A stretch of 63,818 bases of DNA, counting the filler, from Collodictyon triciliatum (Eukaryota): NCBI GenBank assembly GCA_043381765.1. It is 26 parts of 26 records of this genome, joined end to end, with 100 filler letters (N's around TTAATTAATTAA, not from the genome) between each part and the next. Parts side by side here need not be neighbours in the genome. Positions count along the whole stretch, not along the records: positions 49,202 to 51,555 come from JBHJMP010009042.1; positions 51,656 to 54,008 come from JBHJMP010009043.1; positions 54,109 to 56,460 come from JBHJMP010009044.1; positions 56,561 to 58,917 come from JBHJMP010009045.1; positions 59,018 to 61,368 come from JBHJMP010009046.1; positions 61,469 to 63,818 come from JBHJMP010009047.1; 20 more parts are not named here. One strand, 5' to 3'. The position numbers and the translations under genes are program-made. Below are positions 49,388 to 62,774 of the stretch, piece after piece (position 1 is the first letter of the stretch; each line of letters opens with the position of its first letter). The notes under the pieces are model-generated. The model was given only the letters and a program-made list of their open reading frames with translations. It made no database searches and had not been told where the DNA came from.

Positions 49388-51443
49388 CCGGAAGAAAGCT
49401 ATCAGGGTCAGGAAAATACTTAGGATTCCTGTGGCTCCAATAGGGGCTCACCATCAGCAAATCTCCTGCAGGGACGATAAAGTTACCAAACTTTTGGTCT
49501 TTCATGACCTTTCTTGTGATCATCCCAGGAGATCGAAGACGAATTGCCTCCAATACACATCTAATGCGGTACATATGTATATTTGCTACCTTCACTAAAT
49601 AAAGTGCGCACTGACAATAACAAGATATAGTTCGATGGTCTAGCAATATTCGAATAAAGCATACTGAAACGATCCAACTTCAAATTTAATTTTTTTTTTT
49701 TGGCCTTAAAGCATTTTATTAACATAACCAACTATTTCCATTCCCTTTTTATGTTATTCATAATTGTATACATCTAAACCTCTTGATAAAAGGAGTCTTT
49801 CGCAGATGGTCAGCAGTAGCTATTTCTCCTGGCTGCAGAGTAGAACGAACTTCATCTATAGCACGACTATACATGGGAGGGTCATTCAAGAGAAAAACCA
49901 TAGTCCAAAAGACAGCTGGTATAGTATTGGCTTGTGAAGCCCATAACATCAACAGAGCATAATTCACAGCGTTCTTTTCATCGGAAGTCTGCACGATACT
50001 TTGGAAGAGCGCAGTAGATCCCTCCCTAAAATTTGTATGTTTGATAAAGCTCAATCAATTTAGCCAATATGCAAGAGATACTTTTAGATAATATCTATTT
50101 ATTTTTAATTTTATTACAAAATTACAGTCATGTAAAAAAATGAGTTCAATTTTCAAAAGAATTAGGAGATAATACTAGTACCAATACCAATAATAAAAAA
50201 AAATAAAAAAATAAAAAAATAAAAAAATAAAAAAATAAAAAAATAAAAAAATAAAAAAATAAAAAATAAAAAAATAAAAAAATAAAAAAATAAAAAAATA
50301 AAAAATAAAAAAATAAAAAAATAAAAAAATAAAAAAATAAAAAATAAAAAAATAAAAATAAAAAATATGAAAAAAAAATACGGATTCTGTCGAATTTTGT
50401 CGACTCCAGGTTTCAGGACAGATATGAGATGTGCTCTGGCTTTGGCCCAACTCTTCAAAAAAATAGGAGGCAGTTGGCACCCATATTCAAAATCATGATC
50501 GAAAGCAAAGAAGGACCGCGCAATTAGCCTTGGGTTGTCAATGGCGCTTCCAAAGAGGCAACTAACAGCAGCGTTGAAGACAATCTCCCGCGATACGTGA
50601 AGTAGATTCTGCTGGTCCCATTCATTCGAATAATCAGCCAAACGCTTTTGAATGTGTTTGGAGAGTGAAGGGACATATTGGTCCAAACAGTTTGGAGAAA
50701 GAGAGCCTTTGACCATATCGTGGATTTGCCGATGACAGGTATCAAAAGATGTTGAATCAATCCCCGCTATTTTTTTCTTTAGATTAGTTAAATCAGTTTT
50801 TTCTTCTTCTCTCCAACAAATTTAAACGATGTTTCACTCTTTCCTCTTATTTTGGTTGGAATCGAAAGGCGGGTGCATTCTGAGCTGCTCATAACTACCT
50901 GCATTCTTGGTGAATGGTTTCACAGCCTCTTGAAAGTTGATGATGGGCTCTCCATTAAAAAAGGAGTCGTAATCCGCTGGGTCGAACAGATATGTCATGC
51001 GCTTTCCTGCGATGTACAGAGTGAAGATATTTCCCATCTAGAAGCATATGTAAAGTTAGGGAAAAATGTGCAAGGGTGACTCAAGGAATGCGTACAAATA
51101 AATGAAGTAGAAAGTGAAGATATGGCACTAAAAAGAAATAGTGAAAAGAAATTATACAATCAGACAATGGTGGCACATCATGGGCAGCAGATATAAGAAA
51201 TAAGTCATACACAATTAAAAGCGTAGAACCATGGAATACCTTGTTATGACTTTCTTTAATGTACAATAAAGGAGCCCTTCCAAAGTCAATAGCGCTCCCT
51301 AGAAATGGCAGCCAATACTGTTGCATGGGTGGGTGGCTTTTGGACTTTGAAAAGAGTAGCCTTCCGAGGAAGATAACTGCGACAGATAGAATGGCCGCCT
51401 GGACCGCAAAATACCCGCCCCATTCAACCGACTCCTGGCTCAT
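49388..51443 (-). CDS. Cytochrome P450, CYP39A1-like (clan 7), 3'-truncated
   Basis: WLPFLGSAIDFGRAPL, FDHDFEYGCQLP, LWASQANTIPAVFW, CVLEAIRLRSPGMITRKV, PAGDLLMVSPYWSHRNPKYFPDP. Confidence 0.88.
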
Positions 51444-51749
51444 CCTTGTGTAAAAAATAAAATAGAAATAAAATAGAAATAAAATAGAAATAAAATAGAA
51501 ATAAAATAGAAATAAAATAGAAATAAAATAGAAATAAAATAGAAATAAAATAGAANNNNNNNNNNNNNNNNNNNNNNNNNNNNNNNNNNNNNNNNNNNNT
51601 TAATTAATTAANNNNNNNNNNNNNNNNNNNNNNNNNNNNNNNNNNNNNNNNNNNNAAAAAAAAAAAACTAAAAAAAAAAAAAAAAAAAAATTATTTAAAA
51701 AAAGGGGATAAGATTAAAAAAAAAAAAAAAAAAAAAAAAAAAGTATACC

Positions 51750-53409
51750 CCGATTACGAAGACAAGAGTAATCAGGGAGAATCAACAACTTCTCAGCTGC
51801 ATAATAGCCTGTCCAAAATACTGCCTTCATGACTGACACAAGACCCCTTTTGAAAGGATAAACTCATATTACAATTAATCGACAGAGTATATGCGGAATA
51901 TCAAGATGTTTATATATATACGTATTCTGACAGTATTCATCATGTAAATGAGGCTGTTGATTACTTGACGTTTCTTTTTGCCAGTCGTGTAACAGGGTCC
52001 GCCTTATTAAGGAGCAATTCAGAATAAAATGGATGATTTAGAGTGAATAGATATAGCTTGATTAAAAATAAATTATGAGTACTTCACAAATTTACATCTG
52101 CTAATAAACAAGCAATCATGGTTCCATCATAAATTACTTTGTCTTGAGGCTCTTCATCCATTAATTTTTGAAGGAGAATTTGAACCAAAGATACGCCATC
52201 AGCCATGGAGTGGTGTATTCGAAATAATATTAAACTGCGACTTTTCCACAAGGAGTCTATGTTCATCAAATTGATTGTTACATGGGTATATTGGAAGGCA
52301 AAATAGAGCATACAATGGGGAAAAGAAAACTAATGATTGTTTAAATCAGTAACGTGTGCTTCTAGGAAAATATTTTCGGAAAAGACTACCAGATGATGCA
52401 CCAGAGTATGATAAAAGCTGCATTTGCCAACGAGGCCGCTCCTCTGAAAGTGGCCGAACCATCTCGGCCTCAACATATGATATGACATCTTCAGGTGCTT
52501 CGAAAACAGATGTGTGGTTGGCTTCAAATACATGATTTCTCACATCAAACCCTGAGTCTTGTTCCCAATATATTGATTGTCCATCCTTGTAAGGGTACGT
52601 GAATTCATCAAACTCTGAAGTAAACACAAAAACAATTCATCAAGTCATAGCCTTTTAAAAGTTTGTTAAAATTAGAATTAATTTAACTAGGAGATGAAAG
52701 TTACAAACTGCTTAAAAATATATTAAAAAAAATACATCACAAATAGTGTTTGTAGGCTTGATTCGGACTGAACCTTGATAATTTTTTTGGTGAACCTGGG
52801 CATCAAGGGCTTCCCAGTTCTCGGCTCCACTCTTTTTATAATCCTATGGTGTAGTTGGAAAGTTAAATGATACTTCCTTTTTCTTTTTTCTTTTTTGTAA
52901 GATAATCCGCTATAGTCAGTAGCATAACTATTTCTTTCATATTAAAGATAAAGGGTGTGTTTCATAGTGATATATAATATATAAAAACGTCAATAGAAAG
53001 AGAAATAAGAAAAATGAGCATAAAGGTTTACATACCTTTCTGAGACAATATGTTGTAAAGCCTCTTCCTGTATGTGTTCATCCAACCAAAGAACGACATT
53101 GATAATCATCAAATTCTTTGGCGAGTCGCCCATCCAGACTGAATCCTGAGGACTCATTTCCTTACGATTCAACAGCTCAGCATCCTTACATGTGATTGTG
53201 CGATAAGCCAACCGCAAAGCCCACTTCACAGCACCTAAAAGTTGCCCGAATCCAAAGCAGAGTGGAAACAAAACAATTGCAACAATCAGGAACAGGATCA
53301 ATGCCACAAAAAAGCGGCAGAGAGACGAGGCATTTCGCCAGCGAGGACGGGCCGTGAGGATTTGTTGGTACCGTTTCACAAACTCGCTGGAAGCGGGTGG
53401 CACAAACAT
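51750..53409 (-). CDS. Wax ester synthase/diacylglycerol acyltransferase (WS/DGAT), 3'-truncated
   Basis: MSPQDSVW, NLMIIN, PRF, W..D..FDVRNHV, PLSEERPRWQ and catalytic FRIHHSMADGVS. Confidence 0.9.
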
Positions 53410-54108
53410 GGCTCCTGTATCTTAACCAATACAAAGTTAATCGAAGAAAAAGTAATAATAACAGCAGTAGTTATAGAAATAGCAATGGCAAGAAAATACG
53501 ACGATCAGGGAGGCGTGCGAGTTAGGAGAATACAGAACAAAGATGGTTCCGTTTTTTCTTTCTCAGTTCCTAAGTTCCACCAGTCAAACAAAACATGGCG
53601 GAGTACCAGACAGTAGCGGGCAGAGTTGTGAGGGATAAAAAAAAAAGAGTTTAATTTTTGATTCTGGTGTGGTGGCCGTTTTTCTTTTTCTGGAAAATCA
53701 TTATTTCGAAGCTGGAAGTTTTGTGTTCGTCCTTTTCTCTGTGTTGGGTGGTTTTGCTAATGCCGAGGGCTGAAGGCAAAGGGACTTTAGACGATGCGGG
53801 GGTGTTGTGTTTGGAATTGAGCATAGGAGCTCATAGATGGGCGAAATACATGAGTTATACGTTCTTCCCTTCTATGCCGTTCATTTTTTGTTCTTTTTTT
53901 CTTTTTTTCTTTTTTCTTTTTTTCTTTTTTTCTTTTTTTCTTTTTTTCTTTTTTTCTTTTTTTCTTTTTTTCTTTTTTTTCTTTTTTTCTTTTTTTCTTT
54001 TTTTCTTTNNNNNNNNNNNNNNNNNNNNNNNNNNNNNNNNNNNNNNNNNNNNTTAATTAATTAANNNNNNNNNNNNNNNNNNNNNNNNNNNNNNNNNNNN
54101 NNNNNNNN

Positions 54109-54206
<98 letters not shown>

Positions 54207-54425
54207 GAAATCCTCCATAGTAGTTATACTGTGAATTTTTTTAAACAATAATAGAACTATTTATGAAAGAAATAAGACCCAAAACGCGTTAAAATTTAGG
54301 ATTTGGATGAAATTTTCTTGCATTCAGAAACGAAAGAGGCACTACATTTCAAAATCAGAACGTTCCTTGGTAATAAACCTGCATGAATTTTTTTTGATAT
54401 TTATTCTAGTTTTAACACTTATATC

Positions 54426-54476
54426 AACATTTCACATGAGAAGAATAAAGGGAAAAAAAAACATTTCACATGAGAA
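54426..54476 (+). mobile_element. 17 bp micro-insertion with a perfect 17 bp TSD
   Basis: AACATTTCACATGAGAA-[GAATAAAGGGAAAAAAA]-AACATTTCACATGAGAA. Confidence 0.8.
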
Positions 54477-57082
54477 AATCGTGGGTTGTCCATAGGTTGA
54501 ATGTTATTTCAGAAATTGGAAGTCGCGACTATATTATGAAATCTCCGCTCGAAAAAAACTACAAACCCAACTATCTAAAAAGTCGAACACACTCCTAGCA
54601 TCATGTTTTTCGACTTGGTAAGCATTTCCTCAATTTTTTTACACATATTTTTATTCTCTAAACTCCTCAACATGTGAAATTCATGATGCTAAAGTTCAGA
54701 TAAAAACTTTGAAACTATGAAAAATAGGCGACTTTTTATTAGTCAACGTATCATCGAGGAAAAACTTGTCCGATACTCTATTTTAAAAAATGAGGCACAA
54801 ATGTACGTTCATGCAATAATCATAATTGGACTTAAGCTATTCGCCCAGCTCGTTCGTATATGTGATATTCTTTTTTGTGACTGTTTGATTTTCAATAATA
54901 ACTCGCATCACAGAAAACGTGATACATTTGCGATATGGAAAAGAATCGCTGAATGGTCTACGCAAACTAATCGTGCCGCTTATAGCCACTTAATCGCCAT
55001 TCAAAGGTAAATTCTAATGGAACGTGTAGCCATTAAAACATTTATTTTTATTTCACTCTCAAATGTTCTGATAAAAGGAAAAGGCAAGAGAATATATTCA
55101 GACTTTGGTTGAATTTCACACACCTGTCCAAGGTTTCTTATTTAATACATACAACTTAAGAAAATGCTATGTCGTTTATCGAAAGAGTGTGATTTTTTAT
55201 CAAAGTATTTAGTTGATCAACTTTTCGGCTTTACAGTTTTTAATTTGATTGAAATAATGATGTTATTTAAAAGACAAAGAAACAGAAAAGTGAGTCATCA
55301 GTTCGTCACAGAAAGAAATCTTTGATGAGAAAGGTTTGTCGTGACTTTTAAATTGAACGCTACGATGGAACTAATCGCGCAATTCTTCATAATGACAGTC
55401 TTTCCTCGAGCTATATAAACAAGCACATCAGAATCGACGCATGCGCAGTGTCCTGAGTGGTTGGAAAAATGTATTCTATTTTAATGTATCCCATTATTGG
55501 ATATTCCTTTCATTTCTGTATCGCGCGTTTTGATAAATCTGCATCGGTAACAACAGTTAAGACATTTTTTGGTGCGATCGCTTCTTTAAATTTAAAAACC
55601 AAAATAAAACACAGGTAGTGGATAGAAACAAAAATTATCGGTATTTAACAAAGGTTTTGCTTCCGGGAAGCGAAGCCAGACTTAAATATGCAATGTTTAT
55701 GAGATGGAAGCAGCAGATTCAAGCCACAGTTTATTTTCAGCATCGCCTTATTTCTTTACTATTTAAGGTTAGCCTTGCGCTTCTTATTCAGAAAGCAAGA
55801 TAATACTCATGCGTGGATATTGCCACAAAAAATACATTTTCAAACCTCAAAACACATAGTCCTGGCGACTTTATGCGATTCAAAATGTGAAAAAAGAGGC
55901 TTTTATTCGTCGAGCAATAAATAAAATACGGTATGGTCTAATGCAAAGAACATTTACAGCATGGAGAATTCAATCAAGGTGACCATTAGATAGGATATAT
56001 TTGATATTTCTATCAATATCGACATAATATGTTGCATTTTTTTTTTTGTGTGTGTTATCATTCCTCATACTTGCTCTCATAACTTGCATGTAAATTAGTA
56101 AACAGTGGTCAAAGGAACTTCCTTTCCCCGCCAAGATGACTCGCTGGGTTGCATTTGAATCCCAGTAAGAATCATATTTAGCTGAAATTGATGGATACCA
56201 TTTTTTTAACGAAGTTTTTTTTTTTCATTATTTCGCCCTGCAGCGTCCGTCACCAACGATTCAAACTGATGACCGTCACATTTAATGTGTATGAATATAT
56301 ATATCGATTGGTTATTCTATAATTGAGACAGTGCCTTTCTTTATTATTATTTTTTGTTGCTATAAATGAGGAAAAAGTGTCACTATTTCGATTGAACCAT
56401 TTCTTTTTATTTATTTTTTATATAAAAAAGGTGGAGGAACCTTGCGTATTTCAAGAAAACNNNNNNNNNNNNNNNNNNNNNNNNNNNNNNNNNNNNNNNN
56501 NNNNTTAATTAATTAANNNNNNNNNNNNNNNNNNNNNNNNNNNNNNNNNNNNNNNNNNNNGACTAAAAGACTAAAAGACTAAAAGACTAAAAGACTAAAA
56601 GACTAAAAGACTAAAAGACTAAAAGACTAAAAGACTAAAAGACTAAAAGACTAAAAGACAAAAAGACAAAAGAGAGGTTCAGCAAGAGGAAATACGTCGG
56701 CCAGAAGGTCGGGAATGGGAGGAGAGGCCGTGTTGGCCAAAAGCCTGCAGCATGGGAGGTACAGCTGCCGGGTGAGCACTTTGCGACAATGATGCGAGAC
56801 TCGTCAGAACAGGAAAGCCCTCAAACGCAACAATGCAAGGAGCAGCCTCTCAGCCGGATCTATGAGTCTTGCGCTGTCTCTCTTTATTCGGGGCTTTCAG
56901 ACTCGCACAGAGCCATACAACAGAGGGGAGAAAAGGAAAGGAGAGAAAAAGAAAATAAAGGAGAGATAGAAAAAGAAAAAAACGAGCACAAAAAAAAGAG
57001 AAAAGAGAAAAAAAAAAGAGAAAAAAAATAGGAGCGCGAGGCAAAATGCAGGAATAGTACACTAGGCGCCGACTCTGAGCTG

Positions 57083-57949
57083 CTACTTGCGCGGAGGCAG
57101 CGAACCGCCAGGATTTGTACTGCTGCCAGAGACTGCGGGGTGGTCAAAGGGGCTGGGCGGGTACGGTATCTGCATCTGCATGGGCATCTGCATCTGCATC
57201 TGGGGCTGCATCTGAGGCTGGGGCTGGTAGACATTGGTGGCCGCCTGGGACAGGACGACGCGCAGGTACGAGAGCTGGTCCTTCAGCAGCTTGTTCTCCG
57301 TGGTCAGCGTGTTCACCCGTGTTTGCAGGTCTGCGTTCGCCCCCGTCAGCTCCGACGTCCGCTTTTCGAGCTCCGTGATGTAGTTTTTCTTGCGAATTCG
57401 CGATTGGTGCGCAGACTCCCTGTTCTTCAGCAGCCTGGGATGTGGTTAATATATCTGCTAGTGAACTTGATTGCTTGTTTGTTTGTTTGTTTGTTTGTTT
57501 GTTTGTTTGTTTGTTTGTTTGTTTGTTTGTTTGTTTGTTTGTTTGTTTGTTTGTTTGTTTGTTTGAAAATGCGACTCATTCATCCATGTAGAGTCTGACT
57601 CTACCTGCGCAACTTCTTGTCTTGCTCGTTGCCAATCCCGTCGGCCTCCCGCGAGTCCGAATCATCTTCTCCGTCGCTGGATTCATCGTGTGATGTGCCC
57701 CTATTCGCGTTGTGGGAAAATTAAGCTATCAGCGCCTCTGCCAAGGAGTTGAGGCAAATAATCAAAGCGATGGGAATAAAAAAAAACAAGACAAAAGACA
57801 TAGTGGACTTCATTTCCCTACGCTTGTGCTCTGCGGCCTGCTTTGGATCCGCTGCGTGTGGCAAGTCGAGTCTCCGCCGTCGTAAGTCCATGGTCTCTGT
57901 TCGGATCGTCTGCCCCACTGCCGCTGCTCCCTTGTGCGTACGGATCCAT
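57083..57949 (-). CDS. bZIP transcription factor, complete, 191 aa, exons 57822-57949, 57605-57700 and 57083-57434
   Basis: Exons total 576 nt in frame. DKKLRRLLKNRESAHQSRIRKKNYITELE, then a leucine zipper and a Q/M/P-rich tail. Confidence 0.92.
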
Positions 57950-58364
57950 CTCTCCGCGTTGCCTTGTCCTCGCTTTTGAGGCCTAGCGTTTTTATTCGCC
58001 CTTTTAATTAATTTTTTTTTTATTTTTTTGCTTTCACTTATAAAAAGAATAGGGGCAGACTTTGAATGAAAGAGCGCAGAAAGAAAAAAAAATAACAACA
58101 AGGGGCTTCACAGGCTTTCGCCTTTCCACCAGAGTCCCAAACACAACCGCGCAACACCTCACAGAAGAACAAGCCTCCTCAATCACACAAACATCACTCT
58201 CCTGCGCATGAAGCCGCTCACGCCCAAAGGAAACAAAGAGTCGTTCACATCGAGAAAGGAAGCGAGCAAAGTGCGCTGCAACAGTCGCCAGCGAAGGTCG
58301 AAGGGCGCAGTGCTTGTGTGGACTTTCTTCCCTCTGTTTTGTGCAGCTCGGGTGGCTGTAACCA

Positions 58365-58472
58365 TTCGTGACGATTGCGCACGTCCGCGTGACGACATGT
58401 ACACGTCATCACTCATCACACTTCGTCATAGCCGCAGGATGTGGTGCAGTGTGTGACGGGCGGTGACGTGGA
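58365..58472. promoter_or_regulatory. Cluster of six TGACG (CRE half-site) motifs upstream of the bZIP gene
   Basis: TGACG/CGTCA at 58369, 58390, 58404, 58424, 58454 and 58464 (the last is TGACGTGG). Confidence 0.5.
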
Positions 58473-59174
58473 GTCTTGAGATCTGTATGTGGAATATATA
58501 GAGTGTGTGCATAAACGCACCATTGAATATCGAGGTGCTTTCGATTAGGACAATTTATCGGTATGCTGTAGCAAGTGCAGCAACTTGAGGTCGCAAAGAG
58601 TGCAATGGAAGAATCCCCTTGCCGTCAACTGCATTAATGCCGCAAAAAGTTACTAATCCTCGCATCGCTTTCGAGCTCACAAAATCGCGAGGTTCGAGGC
58701 AAGGTTCGGAAAAAATAATCTGCATGAAGTCTTTATTAGTTTTGATTAGTTCTTTCGCAGTCAATTTGTTGGGGTGGTTGCTGTCTCATAGAATCGGTTT
58801 AAAATGAGCTGCAATTTGCCTACACCAGGGCATCCGCTCAGATGATGTCCAGCCCATCCCACTTCTCTGGCGGTGCAACTTGTTGATAATACCTGTGAAC
58901 CAAACACAAGATATTAANNNNNNNNNNNNNNNNNNNNNNNNNNNNNNNNNNNNNNNNNNNNTTAATTAATTAANNNNNNNNNNNNNNNNNNNNNNNNNNN
59001 NNNNNNNNNNNNNNNNNATAATCATAATAATAATCATAATAATAATCATAATAATAATCATAATAATAATCATAATAATAATCATAATAATAATCATAAT
59101 AATAATCATAATAATAAATAATAGTGTTATACTTCAATATCAAGTGGTCATTGATACCTTTTCAAAATGCTTAG

Positions 59175-60397
59175 TAAAAAGAAGATCCGAAAAACATCTA
59201 TCGAGCTAGTGTTGGCTACAGATATGTCAAAGCACGCTGACATTATGGGTGCCTTGAAGAACTCGATCACTGTCGGAGGTACCTATTCGATTTTCGTTTC
59301 CTGTAATATCTTCCAGAACTACTTCCTTTATTTCCCTTTATTTCCCTTTATTTCCCTTTATATTCTTCTTTGTACTTATGCAATTGATCATACAACTTCA
59401 GCAAATATTATCAACTTATCTTTTTGAATTATCATCCTCTTCCTTTCTGGAAACAAAACAAAGAAATCGACCACAGTATCAAGAACCATAGAATTAACTA
59501 AATCATCATCTTATTTCTTCGACACCAGAGTTGACGGGATCCACATTCGACAGTCGGCTTTTGATGATGAAGATGGCTGTAAAACTATCGGATGTATCCA
59601 ATCCTGCCAAACTCCCTCACATCGCACAAGAATGGACTCGACGTATCACAGACGAGTTTTACAATCAAGTACCTTGCTTACATTTTTTTCCATGAATAAT
59701 ATTGACTGCCAGGACGCGTTTACTCGAATAAAATTTTGGCTGAGCAAAGTTTGCATATGTGTTCTAAATCACAGCATAATTACTATAGGGGGATAAAGAA
59801 AAAGAGCGTACCCTCCCAATAAGTCCGTTCATGGATAGAACACAACCTGTCTTGTCTAAATCGCAGATAGGCTTCATTTCTTTTGTAGTACAACCACTGG
59901 CAGAACTTTGGCATTCTGCCCTGAACACAGGAGATGAGTGCTTACACAACCTGAATGTGAACTTGGAATATTGGAAATCTAGGGTATACTTCTATCCACA
60001 TTTATTCCCTTGTAGATTAACCACAAGAAAGATAAGGGATAAAAATTGTACTCTTTTGGTCCTATTTAAATGTTACGTTATATTTTGTTATGTATTCAAG
60101 AAAATACGCCAACAAAAAAACAATTTTACTGAAACGAACATTCACATCAAGGCGGAAATGGAGCAGAATGGTGCACAGCAAGCGCAGTCATCACAACCCC
60201 AATCGAACCCAAACCCAAATCCAAACCCACCCCCACCCCCATCTCCAATGCTCGGCAAGCGTCCCATACCTTCCATTAACACCAGCGATACTACTCCACC
60301 CTCCCCAAACCAAACTCTGAAGCCAACCGCTTCCATGGAAATTCGCCCAGTTTCTCCTGGTGGGGGTGATGCCAAGCCCAAAGTGATTCCAAATTAG
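59175..60397 (+). CDS. Class I cyclic-nucleotide phosphodiesterase, C-terminal part
   Basis: LVLATDMSKH, KLSDVSNPAK, WTRRITDEFYNQ|GDKE, SPFMDR, SQIGFI, followed by a Pro-rich tail. Confidence 0.93.
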
Positions 60398-61050
60398 TTA
60401 TACCAGGGCCTCTCCGTACCAGTAAATTGAGAGCTGGTAGTTGAAATAGCATAGAGAAAGCAGGAAGAGTAATTGGTACTAATCCAGCTCTCTCGTCAGT
60501 ATCAATGTCCAGTTTATTAAACCATCGCAGAAAATGATTTCCTCCTCCAAGCGTTTCGAGATACACCTCGGCCGGTTGGGGTGCTTGGGATTCTGCACAG
60601 CCCACTACCCCGCCGACTTTCCATTCCAGAACAAAGCCGTTCGTGCGTATATCTCTGTATGTATCCATCTGCATCCGGACGTGCTACATGACAAGGACAA
60701 GCTCAATTATCACTCCGCGATTGCTTCATGTGGGGAACCTGGGTTGAGGGTTGGCAATGCGCGGGACAAGGGAGATAATGGTCATTGGTTTTATTTTCCA
60801 CAATAAGAAATGAGATTGGTCAGCCTATTTTAGTTTGGCGGCTTCTCTGGCTTTTCCCACGCAATATTCCCCTGATTCAACAAATCACAAAGGCCAACTA
60901 CACGGGACATTATTCTTTCTTTGTTTGCCCATCGCATCCTTGCAACACCCCGCCTCACGTGTCTAAAACTATCGGCTGCTCTGTTTCATTTCTTTCCTTC
61001 TTCTCTCCTTCTTCTTCTCTCTCTCTTTCTTTCCTTCACTCCCCCAACAA

Positions 61051-61084
<34 letters not shown>

Positions 61085-61264
61085 GTGCTCTCCTCACTTT
61101 TTGTGGATCATCAACTGAGCACACCACACAACCCTGACAATCACTGGCTCTTAAGATCTATATTTTATTTCCCCTTTTTATTTCCCTTTCCTCGTAGTGG
61201 CCAACCCGTTTTTTTTCTTTTTTTTTTCTGTAGAAAAAAAAGGAAATAGCAGCCTCTCCTGTAA

Positions 61265-61315
<51 letters not shown>

Positions 61316-61704
61316 CTCTTCCCTTTCCAAACGTCCCCTTTTTTCCCCTTTTTTTTTTTTTCCCCATTNNNNNNNNNNNNNNNNNNNNNNNNNNNNNNNN
61401 NNNNNNNNNNNNTTAATTAATTAANNNNNNNNNNNNNNNNNNNNNNNNNNNNNNNNNNNNNNNNNNNNTGTATGTATGTATGTATGTATGTATGTATGTA
61501 TGTATGTATGTATGTATGTATGTATGTATGTATGTATGTATGTATGTATGTATGTATGTATGTATGAAGGTATGTTATCCTATTTTGTCTACAATAAGTG
61601 TAGCTGACAAAATGAAATGGAGAAATCGAGAAATGGAGAAATGGAGCGTGCATGAAGTATGGCTTATTTTAATAAAAAAAAACCTTGAATTTTATATCCG
61701 CCAC

Positions 61705-62774
61705 CTATGCTTATTATCTGAATCATGGATATGTTTGCAAAATTTGGAATTGTTCCATACATAATGTTCCCATCCATATGTAAAATTGATATCAATGGAA
61801 TTGACTTGAAGTCTGGTATTGTGCCAGATATTTCGTTTGTAAACAAGTTTAAATGCTTCAGAAGAGGTAAATTGAGGTCCACCATATCTCCACTTATCTT
61901 ATTAAAGTTTATTCTTAGTTCCTCTAAAAAAGGAAGATGACTCAGAATGTCACTCAATTCACTTATCTTTCCCTTAACATTGTTTTTCTCCAAATTAATC
62001 CATTTAATGGGACAGTTATTCATCTATTTAATAATATGATAAAAAAAGCTTTGAAAATGGATAAAATCAATAACTAATTTTTTATTGGAATTAATATTAC
62101 TATTGGAGAAAAATTGGAGAATAGATATTAAAATCAACTATACCTCTACATCGATTAAAGGGCATGCATCACATTTGATTCCAAACCAATTACAAACCGA
62201 TATTGACTCGTTCATCCACCCATAATTATTTATCCATTCATCTCCATCGAATCTCAGGTAAAACTCAGATAAGGTTTTGTAATCATCCGATTTTATCTTT
62301 TCTACTTTTGATGTTGAGCTTATTGCCTGATATATGCTATCTTTTTTGTAGCCGTTGTAGAAGCCAATCTCGTCATCGTGATATTCGGGCAAGTGCGATG
62401 TTTTTATCTCAGATGATTCAGGACCGGATGTGTATTCGTCGCATTCAGTGCATGATACATCAGATCGAAGACAATTGTACTTAATTATGGATGAGCAAGT
62501 ATTCAGATAGTGGCCCATCAGTATGTTAAATGCATCATCTCTATCCATTGATAACAAATCTGCCTGACTGTAGCCACACGTTCCCCTACTATGAACCATT
62601 CACAAAAGTACAGAATAAGGGACGATATTGTGTATTGCAGATTTTTTTTATGAATATCGTAGAAATACATTTTTCATAAAAAAAACTTTTAATATTACGT
62701 CTATCCTGATTATACCTCGAGCCACCTTTCGAAATACCAAGGCAAAATGTAAGAAGAATCAGAGTAGCAAACAT
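61705..62774 (-). CDS. Secreted/receptor-type LRR protein with plant-type N-cap, 3'-truncated
   Basis: Signal-like MFATLILLTFCLGISKG, N-cap LSEFY..G..W...GW..VCNWFGIKC, and repeats LNLFTNEISGTIP. Confidence 0.8.

Noticed and set aside
57115-57145. Ire1-type (XBP1/HAC1) unconventional intron in the bZIP mRNA (CCG|CAG..CAG|CAG)
   Set aside because: The sites are only 13 nt apart and I see no supporting stem-loops.
59322-59360. (TTTCCCTTTA)n, whose reverse complement resembles the LINE terminus
   Set aside because: Short intronic tandem repeat with no TSD, indistinguishable from background SSRs.
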